Positions 52,872 through 59,765 of a DNA stretch of 64,000 bases are shown here, in pieces; within the stretch, counting starts at the first letter, position 1, and each line of letters opens with the position of its first letter. The translations under genes were made by a program, and so were the position numbers. The stretch lies in sequence record MZ475895.1; one strand, written 5' to 3'. Under the pieces are notes generated by a model. The model saw only the letters and a program-made list of their open reading frames with translations, did no database searches and was not told where the DNA came from.

Positions 52872-53002
52872 GCAAAAAGTTTGAAAAATTCCTGTCGTTG
52901 TTTATTGCACATAGTAATATTCGACTACAGGAATTAAACCTGAAAAATTTTACTTTTATCCAACGCGACGAGTCGCACACAATAAATTCACGGAGTATTA
53001 CG

Positions 53003-53515
53003 ATGACTAAGAAAATCATTTCTGGCCTGAACAAAAACCTGAAAGCTATCGCTAAATCAGAAGCTGCCCTGGCCAAAACTGTTGTTGCTACCAACAAAGA
53101 GATCGAAAACCTGGGTTCACAGCGTGCTGGTATCGAAGCGCAGATCGCTGAACTGTCTGGCGTTGCTGCTCCTGCCAAAGCTGATAAAAAAGCTAAAGGC
53201 GCGAAAGCAGAAAAAGCGGCCAAGCCTGCTAAAGCTGAAAAAGCAGCTAAAGCCGGTAAGAAAGAAAAAGCTGCTAAAGCTGAAAAGCCTGCCAAAGCTG
53301 ATAAAAAAGCTAAAGGCGCGAAAGCGGATAAAGCTGCTAAGCCTGCCAAAGCTGAAAAAGCTGGCAAGAAAGAAAAAGCTGCTACCAAGCCTGCTAAAGC
53401 TGATAAAAAAGCTAAAGGCGCCAAGGCCGACAAAGCTGCTAAAGGCGGTAAAGCTGACAAAGCCGGTAAGAAAAAGAAAGCGCAGTCTGATGACTTCGAA
53501 TTCGAAATGGAATAA
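53003..53515 (+). CDS. histone H1-like (AlgP/Hc2-type) Lys/Ala/Pro repeat protein with an N-terminal coiled coil (170 aa)
   Basis: GGAG before ATG 53003; three PAKADKKAKGAKA(D/E)KAAK units; ends SDDFEFEME. Confidence 0.88.
   Translation: MTKKIISGLNKNLKAIAKSEAALAKTVVATNKEIENLGSQRAGIEAQIAELSGVAAPAKADKKAKGAKAEKAAKPAKAEKAAKAGKKEKAAKAEKPAKADKKAKGAKADKAAKPAKAEKAGKKEKAATKPAKADKKAKGAKADKAAKGGKADKAGKKKKAQSDDFEFEME
53171..53490 (+). repeat. imperfect tandem coding repeat with 117 and 102 nt periods
   Basis: CCTGCYAAAGCTGATAAAAAAGCTAAAGGCGC starts at 53171, 53288 and 53390. Confidence 0.85.
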
Positions 53516-53545
53516 GCAAGCGGTCGCATAGCGCGATAACTTGAT

Positions 53546-53580
53546 CGAGAGGGCAGCGCTGACGGGCGTTTGCCCTCTTG
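53546..53580 (+). other. long intergenic hairpin
   Basis: CGAGAGGGCAGCGCT-gac-GGGCGTTTGCCCTCTTG. Confidence 0.55.
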
Positions 53581-53612
53581 TCGTATCTATCTCATTTTCG
53601 AGGCTCTTTAAA

Positions 53613-54098
53613 ATGTCCAAACAAGAAGTATTCAACAGGCTTGATGATCTTCACTCCAAAGAACGTGAGCGTATCAAACAAGCCAAGCAAGGCCCCTCCT
53701 ATTTCGAACTGACGAACCTGCGTATTGAAGCAGCCGCTCGTCTAGCTCGTGCTCTCCAAACTCTCAAAGCCGCAAACGTTGTTGGTAACGTTGAAGGTGT
53801 CTCTCTGCAGGAAGATGCGCTTGAAGTCGCTCAAGCCTACTGGACTGCTATCTTAGATGGCTTAACCCCTGTAGTAGTTGATGACTCGCCTATGCGCAAG
53901 CTGCTTGCTGGTATGCCTGCATGTATCGAAGCCTTCCGTGTTGTCGTAATGGAAAGCGCTATGCGTGAACATCTGGTCGTTCAATGCAATGCGATTGCAG
54001 ATGACATTAAGGGCTTCCCGCAACTGACTGGGCATGTTCTGCCTACTATTCAACACACCTGCGAAGAGGGGTGCAACTGTGGCTCAATCACTGAGTGA
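53613..54098 (+). CDS. hypothetical protein (161 aa)
   Basis: GAGG before ATG 53613. Confidence 0.8.
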   Translation: MSKQEVFNRLDDLHSKERERIKQAKQGPSYFELTNLRIEAAARLARALQTLKAANVVGNVEGVSLQEDALEVAQAYWTAILDGLTPVVVDDSPMRKLLAGMPACIEAFRVVVMESAMREHLVVQCNAIADDIKGFPQLTGHVLPTIQHTCEEGCNCGSITE

Positions 54099-54849
54099 GA
54101 AGATTAACCGTTACTTCAATCTGATGGAGGACATCCGTGCTGAGATGTTCCGTGTGATTGATGTATCTGACCGTTACTTCGGTATCGTTAGTTTCAACAC
54201 TAACATGCAGGCACTGCAAACCACACTGGTGAGCAAGTCCACCCTGATGGAAGTTAAGCTGCTTGAGGGTATCACTGGTGCGGAGCTGATTGCGTTTGGC
54301 AATATGGTTCACACTGTAGAGCAATGGGTTGCTGGTGGCATGAAGGGTGCTTTCCCTATCGAGCAGACCAAAGACGTGTATGCCAAATATCGCGCTGCTA
54401 CCTCAGATGAACCACAGGCACAAAGTGAACCTGAGCCTGCTAATACCCCGCAGCCTGATGCTGATGAGTTAGACAGCCAGGAACTGGACAATATCAAAGT
54501 TCAACTTCTGTCCTTCGATGACTCTGAACTGATCGACCATGCCGCTCAGTTTAAACTTGGGACGCGTACACGCCTGAGAAGAATGAGCCGAGACGATCTG
54601 CTGGACATGCTGTTTGACCATCACGGTATCTATGCAGAAAACGACCAGCGCCGTAATGAAAGTGTTGCAGACTGGTTAGAACGTATACCTCTTGATGATG
54701 CGCTCCGTGAAGTCGACCGCATAGATGATAGCAGTGTACTTGATCACGTTGCGGACGCTATGAGCGTTATGACGGGTGTCAATGACGCTGTGACGCGAGC
54801 GCGTATTAAGCAGGCTCTGAAAGAGCTACACACTAAGCCCGCGCAGTAA
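54079..54849 (+). CDS. protein with helix-extension-helix modules (256 aa)
   Basis: GAGGGG before GTG 54079; LLSFDDSELIDHAAQFKL...RRMSRDDLLDMLFD. Confidence 0.85.
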   Translation: MAQSLSEKINRYFNLMEDIRAEMFRVIDVSDRYFGIVSFNTNMQALQTTLVSKSTLMEVKLLEGITGAELIAFGNMVHTVEQWVAGGMKGAFPIEQTKDVYAKYRAATSDEPQAQSEPEPANTPQPDADELDSQELDNIKVQLLSFDDSELIDHAAQFKLGTRTRLRRMSRDDLLDMLFDHHGIYAENDQRRNESVADWLERIPLDDALREVDRIDDSSVLDHVADAMSVMTGVNDAVTRARIKQALKELHTKPAQ

Positions 54850-54873
54850 GTCAAATTTGTCTCTACACTAAGC

Positions 54874-54918
54874 TGGACAGATCGTGGGTAGCGTCTGACG
54901 CTCTGCCTATGTTATAAT
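54874..54918 (+). promoter_or_regulatory. Box-plus-extended -10 promoter (copy 12), drives the topoisomerase operon
   Basis: CACTAAGC-TGGACAGAT, 33 nt, TGt-TATAAT. Confidence 0.8.
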
Positions 54919-54989
54919 ACATATAGGACAAGTAGTGTCTGAATATGCTAATATCGAGTGGTCAACGCTACTCATTAGGAGAAACGAAA

Positions 54990-57014
54990 ATGGCGAAAAC
55001 GCCTAAAGCCGCAAAAGTCAAAAAGGGTGACGGCTCCCAAGATGGCTTCACTATCGCAGAAGGCCTCGACGGTATAAGATTGAATCCCGGCATGTACATG
55101 GGTCAACAGGGCGCGGACATGGCGTATCGCGCTGTGAAAGAACCTGTGGACAATGACTACGATGAATACATCGCAGGTCGTAACAAGTTGATCGAAGTGG
55201 TCATTGATTACGATAGCGACCTGAACATCGTAGCTGACCAAGCAGGCGGCATTCCTACCGACTTCAAGAAACTGAAAGACGGTACGAAAGAAACGATCAT
55301 GACCGCAGCGTTTAGCCGTGTTCATGCGGGTGGTAAATTCAACGATCAGGCATATAAGACCTCTGCTGGTACACACGGTGTAGGTGTAGCTGCACTGAAC
55401 GCAATCTCCAGTCAGTTGCGTGTGTGGTCAATGTACAAAGGCAGTTGCGCTTATCAGATGTGGCAATGCGGCGAAGTCAAGTCTGGCAAAGACCCTAAGA
55501 AAGTCAAGACCATCGACAAAGACGTTATGAGCCTGTTGCGCGATAAGAAGCACAGCAAGTACGGTACTGTGGTAGCGTGGACGCTTGACCAGACCGTTGT
55601 GTCTGCTGATGCACAGCGTGGTAAGAAGCTGCCTAAGAACTACCGTCACGCTGCTCCTAATCCAGCTCAGCTTGGCGAGTGGCTGCGTAACATGTCAATG
55701 CTCAACCCAGGCCTTGAGATTCGCCTGACGTTGATCAAGAAGGGCAAGCGCAAAGAGTTCACGTTCATCAACAAGAAAGACCTGAACTATGTTGTGAAGA
55801 CTATGTGTGAAGAACGCGAGCTGGGTACTGTCGGCAAGCCGTTCATCTTCAAGTCTGACAATATCACGGCTGCGCTCGTCTGGACAGATCATGCAGACAC
55901 CGACAACTTCCTCAGTTTCGTTAACACCAGCCCAACAGTTGACGGCGGGTGGCATGTAGTAGGTTTCCGTGATGCTCTGTTTGATGCAATCAAGCCGTTC
56001 ATGAAAGAACCGAAAGGTAAGGGCAAGAAAAAGCAGGGCTTCAAACAAGAAGACTTGTTGATTGGCCTGACCGGTATGTTCGACTGGCGTATGCACGGTG
56101 CTCAATACACCTCGCAGGTAAAAGACAAGCTGGCCAGCCGCGTCGAGAAAGACGTGTACGAAATGCTGAAAGATGCTTTCGTGAAATACTTCAAGGACAA
56201 TAAGAAGGTCGCTACGACAATCATCAAACGTGCCGAAGCGATGAACAAGGGACGTGAAGAACTCAGCGCTGTCGTTAAGTCTATGGCTGACACGAAGAAG
56301 AAGCTGAAAGGTAACGCACTGCCTGCCGACCTCGTTGTCGCAAACAAGTGTAAGCCGCATGAGCGCGAGCTTGTCGTGGTGGAAGGGGATTCTGCTGGTG
56401 GTACTGCGAAAGATGCGCGTAACCCTGACTATCAGGAAGTTATGAAAGCTGGTGGTAAGCCGCTGAACGGTCTGAAAGCAAGTCTGGCTGACGTGCTCAA
56501 GCACAAAGAAGTGCAGGGTATGCTGGTGAGTATCGGTGCTGACCTGAAATCACTTGACCCGAAAGCAGAAGCGCCAAAGTTGAGCACGAAGAATCTGCGT
56601 ATCGGCAACATCCTGTTCCTTGCTGATGCTGACCCCGATGGCTTCCACATCAACGTGCTGTTCCTCGGCGTTATCTATCGCTTGCTGCCTGACTTGATGA
56701 AAGAAGGCCGTGTGTGGATTGTTGATGCACCGCTGTACAACGTTATTCATCAAGGCAAACACTACGGTGGTATGACGTTTGAAGAATGCCGTGCTAAAGC
56801 GCCGTCTGCTGTAAAAGACAAAGACATTGTACGCGCCAAAGGTTGGGGTGAAGTTGAACCTGACGTGCTTGAAGCAATCGCGTTCAATCCGAAAACTCGT
56901 CGTCTCATTCGTGTTAACCCGTTTGAGAACGTCGAGCAGGAACGTTTCTTTAGAGGTGTAGTTGCAGAAGATGCAGTTCACCGTCGTCGCTTGCTCGGTC
57001 TGGAGGCAGCATGA
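54990..57014 (+). CDS. gyrB: type IIA DNA topoisomerase, ATPase/TOPRIM (GyrB/ParE-like) subunit
   Basis: GLDGIRLNPGMYMG, EPVDNDYDE, DQAGGIP, HAGGKF, GTHGVGVAALNA, VEGDSAGG, ADADPDGFHI, KGWGE. Confidence 0.93.
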   Translation: MAKTPKAAKVKKGDGSQDGFTIAEGLDGIRLNPGMYMGQQGADMAYRAVKEPVDNDYDEYIAGRNKLIEVVIDYDSDLNIVADQAGGIPTDFKKLKDGTKETIMTAAFSRVHAGGKFNDQAYKTSAGTHGVGVAALNAISSQLRVWSMYKGSCAYQMWQCGEVKSGKDPKKVKTIDKDVMSLLRDKKHSKYGTVVAWTLDQTVVSADAQRGKKLPKNYRHAAPNPAQLGEWLRNMSMLNPGLEIRLTLIKKGKRKEFTFINKKDLNYVVKTMCEERELGTVGKPFIFKSDNITAALVWTDHADTDNFLSFVNTSPTVDGGWHVVGFRDALFDAIKPFMKEPKGKGKKKQGFKQEDLLIGLTGMFDWRMHGAQYTSQVKDKLASRVEKDVYEMLKDAFVKYFKDNKKVATTIIKRAEAMNKGREELSAVVKSMADTKKKLKGNALPADLVVANKCKPHERELVVVEGDSAGGTAKDARNPDYQEVMKAGGKPLNGLKASLADVLKHKEVQGMLVSIGADLKSLDPKAEAPKLSTKNLRIGNILFLADADPDGFHINVLFLGVIYRLLPDLMKEGRVWIVDAPLYNVIHQGKHYGGMTFEECRAKAPSAVKDKDIVRAKGWGEVEPDVLEAIAFNPKTRRLIRVNPFENVEQERFFRGVVAEDAVHRRRLLGLEAA

Positions 57015-57268
57015 TGTTCAACAACGCAAAATGGTCTGACGGTACGATGCTACGTTTTCTCGATATGCCTGACGTCCAGCATCCGCCAATGACCGAAGAA
57101 CAACACAAGCAGTATGAGGCGTTAATGGCAAAAGGTCGTGAGTTGTCGAAAAACGTTACTGTATCTGCATTCAGTGTAGTTGACGGTAAGCCTGCTAAGC
57201 GTGTGCAGGTGCAGATGAGTCGCACAACTCTCGATAAGATTAATGCGATGCACTCAGGAGATCAGTAA
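57011..57268 (+). CDS. small protein, paralogue 1 (85 aa)
   Basis: ATGA-coupled to gyrB; FLDMPDVQHPPMTEEQ. Confidence 0.8.
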   Translation: MMFNNAKWSDGTMLRFLDMPDVQHPPMTEEQHKQYEALMAKGRELSKNVTVSAFSVVDGKPAKRVQVQMSRTTLDKINAMHSGDQ

Positions 57269-57507
57269 TGCTCAAGGGTAAGAAAGTCAACCAAGCACCG
57301 TCGCGTGCTGCACGAATCTTTCCTGTAGTCGCTGGTACAGAGCACTGGCATATCCCGTTGTTCGATATGCCTGACATTCACATCAATATGAGCGAGGAGC
57401 AGAAAGCTCGTCTTGATTCTGCTATGGCTAACGTCAAGCAACACATTAAAGATAGCCCGTACAACGGGAAGCGATTCTTTACTATGCCTGGAGATGCTCA
57501 TGAATAA
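57268..57507 (+). CDS. small protein, paralogue 2 (79 aa)
   Basis: TAATG coupling; LFDMPDIHINMSEEQ. Confidence 0.8.
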   Translation: MLKGKKVNQAPSRAARIFPVVAGTEHWHIPLFDMPDIHINMSEEQKARLDSAMANVKQHIKDSPYNGKRFFTMPGDAHE

Positions 57508-57739
57508 GTTCCAGCGTCACATTAAATCTCTGCCCGAATCTGGTGCCAGCTTTCAGCAAGCAGCACCGCTCGGCCGTACTGTCGTAACACATTCAGCGGG
57601 TATCACACGCGGTGTAACTCGCATGGCTTATCCTCAGTTGCAGCAAATCCCGCGCAACTTATCGGGCCTGAATGATGTGAACGTTCGTCGCATCGATATT
57701 AACTTGGATGAAAACGTTTTCATCCAGACGCATTCGTAA
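57500..57739 (+). CDS. hypothetical protein (79 aa)
   Basis: GGAG before ATG 57500. Confidence 0.7.
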   Translation: MNKFQRHIKSLPESGASFQQAAPLGRTVVTHSAGITRGVTRMAYPQLQQIPRNLSGLNDVNVRRIDINLDENVFIQTHS

Positions 57740-57748
57740 GAGGCTGGC

Positions 57749-59410
57749 ATGCCAATCAAACCTAAGAAAGTCAAAGCGGCCAAAGCAGTTAAGCCTGCTA
57801 AAGCGACCGCCGTTGCAAAGCCACTTAAAGTCAAAGTGAAGTCGAAAGCCGTTTCTGTCGATGACATTAAGACGAAGAAAAAGTCGAAAGAAGTCGCCAC
57901 AGTGCAGACAGGCGCATCGCTCTATCCGATGATTGGTCAAGACGAATCGAACATTCGTGATCAGGGCCTCGCAGATTACACACGCCACGCGCTGGGTGTG
58001 TACGGTTCTTACGTTGTTGAAGACCGTGCTATCGCTGACTATCGTGATGGCCTCAAGCCTGTGCACCGTGCGCTGCTGTGGTCGTTGTCTGATCTTAACT
58101 TGCGTCCTGGCGGTGCGTTCAAGAAGTCTGCGCGTACTGTTGGTGACACGATTGGTAAGTATCACCCGCACGGCGATGCAGCCTGCTACGGCGCAATGGT
58201 AACGATTGCAAACACAGTGCCCCCAGCTGTTGCGGGTTCTGGTAACTGGGGTAGCCCTGTTGACCCTGCTGCTGCGATGCGTTATACCGAAGCGAAGATG
58301 AGTAAGTTCACGGGCACGTTCTTGCTCGACTCTGATTACTTAGAAGTTGTGCCGCGTGTGCCTAACTTCTCAAACGATCTTGAGCTGCCGCTTTACTTGC
58401 CTGCTCTGTTGCCGTACATGTTGTTCAATGGCTCTGTGCCTGCACCAGCGTACGGCGTTAAGTGTGGCAACCCGTCATTCAGCTTCACGTCCGTATCTAA
58501 AGTCGTGTGTGAGATGCTGAGCGGCAAAGAGTACACAGCGAAGACGCTGGCGAAGACGCTTGAGATTCGCCATGAGTTCGGCTGTATCGACGTTAGCTCT
58601 GACGAAGATATGTACCAGCTTATCTCAACAGGCCGTGGCAAAGTCACATACGAACCGCTGATTAAGATCGATGAGAAGTCGAAGACCATCACGATTCAAA
58701 CGTATGTGCCTGCTGGCATGTCCAATACTGCGGGTATCACTAAGAAGCTGGAGAAGATTTCTGAGTGGCCAGGCATTAGCTCCGCAGCAAACGCCAGTGG
58801 CAAGAAGAACAAGAACGCAGGTCCTTACGGTGCAGCGTTTGAGTTCCGCGTACGTGGTAGTGAAGACCAGTTGTACGAACTCGCCTCACGCATTCAGAAG
58901 GAAGTGACTGCTGGCGTCAACTACAATCTGGGCGTTACGATTCGTCGCGCCGATAAGCCGAACACCTTCAAGTATCTGAACTATCTGGATTACTTCAAGG
59001 CGTGGGTAGCGTATCGTATCAAACTCGAAACAGCCATGCTGAACAACAAGCTGGCCAAAGCAGAGAAAGCCCTGCACTTGCAGCAAGTTTATCTGTGGGC
59101 AGTTGACAACATGAAGCAACTGCTGGCAGCCTTGCCTAAAGTGTTAGTCGCAGAAGATCCAGACAAAGCGCTGGCCAAAGCGTGCAAGATTCCAGTTGAA
59201 GATGCGAAGATCATCCTCGACCGTCAAGTGCGTAAGCTCGCCAAGCTGGAACGTGGTGGTCTGATTGCCAAAATCAAAGACATTAAGGAAGAGATTGCTG
59301 GATATAAGGCAGGCTTGAAAGCGCCAGGCAAATATGCAGCACAGAGCACGGCTGCTAAAGTCAAAGCGTACATCAAATCACCTGATGATAAGCTGCCCGT
59401 AAGTCTTTGA
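57749..59410 (+). CDS. gyrA: type IIA DNA topoisomerase, cleavage (GyrA/ParC-like) subunit lacking the C-terminal pinwheel domain
   Basis: DGLKPVHR, KKSARTVG, GKYHPHGD, GNWGS, AAMRYTE (catalytic Tyr); only 553 aa. Confidence 0.93.
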   Translation: MPIKPKKVKAAKAVKPAKATAVAKPLKVKVKSKAVSVDDIKTKKKSKEVATVQTGASLYPMIGQDESNIRDQGLADYTRHALGVYGSYVVEDRAIADYRDGLKPVHRALLWSLSDLNLRPGGAFKKSARTVGDTIGKYHPHGDAACYGAMVTIANTVPPAVAGSGNWGSPVDPAAAMRYTEAKMSKFTGTFLLDSDYLEVVPRVPNFSNDLELPLYLPALLPYMLFNGSVPAPAYGVKCGNPSFSFTSVSKVVCEMLSGKEYTAKTLAKTLEIRHEFGCIDVSSDEDMYQLISTGRGKVTYEPLIKIDEKSKTITIQTYVPAGMSNTAGITKKLEKISEWPGISSAANASGKKNKNAGPYGAAFEFRVRGSEDQLYELASRIQKEVTAGVNYNLGVTIRRADKPNTFKYLNYLDYFKAWVAYRIKLETAMLNNKLAKAEKALHLQQVYLWAVDNMKQLLAALPKVLVAEDPDKALAKACKIPVEDAKIILDRQVRKLAKLERGGLIAKIKDIKEEIAGYKAGLKAPGKYAAQSTAAKVKAYIKSPDDKLPVSL

Positions 59411-59448
59411 AAATCTGTAAATAGACTATGATAAACTCTGCACTAAGT

Positions 59449-59491
59449 TGGACAGAAGCCGCTTGAGATTATTCTTAGTCTATGATATACT
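59449..59491 (+). promoter_or_regulatory. Box-plus-sigma70 promoter (copy 13)
   Basis: CACTAAGT-TGGACAGAA; TTGAGA-17 nt-TATACT with extended TG. Confidence 0.8.
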
Positions 59492-59630
59492 GGTACTGTT
59501 GATTGCAGACATTCTGACGAGGGTTTTCTGCAATCATGCCAGAAAGAGGAGGGTAGCGTATATAAGCAAAAGACGTAGCATAAAGTTGGGATGAAAATTC
59601 GAGCCGAAAAGGCCGGACGCTGTTTCAAGA

Positions 59631-59659
59631 TTGACCTCTGAAACGGCAAATATTATAAT
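59631..59659 (+). promoter_or_regulatory. near-consensus sigma70 promoter without the upstream box
   Basis: TTGACC-17 nt-TATAAT. Confidence 0.75.
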
Positions 59660-59765
59660 CGACCTACAGAATACTAATATGTAGTTGCAGCACATTAGTT
59701 TCGACGTGTCGCTAGGGCCAAGAGTACGGTCCTCAACTCTTTTATGAGAAGTTTGGAATCCGCAA

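Noticed and set aside
52198-53529. 443-aa minus-strand ORF with poly-Ser and Ala/Leu/Phe repeats
   Set aside because: Antisense shadow of the Asp/Glu (GAY/GAR) and Lys/Ala repeats on the + strand; no RBS or promoter. The same applies to 43157..43372 and 47987..48838.
41113-54849. Chimallin/PhuZ-type phage nucleus
   Set aside because: No tubulin signature (GGGTGS/TG) or recognisable chimallin sequence in this window; the cluster is reported instead as a distinct hypothetical compartment.
59443-59649. 68-aa minus-strand ORF between gyrA and 59766
   Set aside because: It overlaps two + strand promoters, has no RBS, and would be the only minus-strand gene in 64 kb.
59660-59765. Possible tRNA or tmRNA in the structured intergenic regions (also 28083-28135 and 53516-53600)
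   Set aside because: No cloverleaf, no T-loop GTTCRA and no CCA end could be found by eye.
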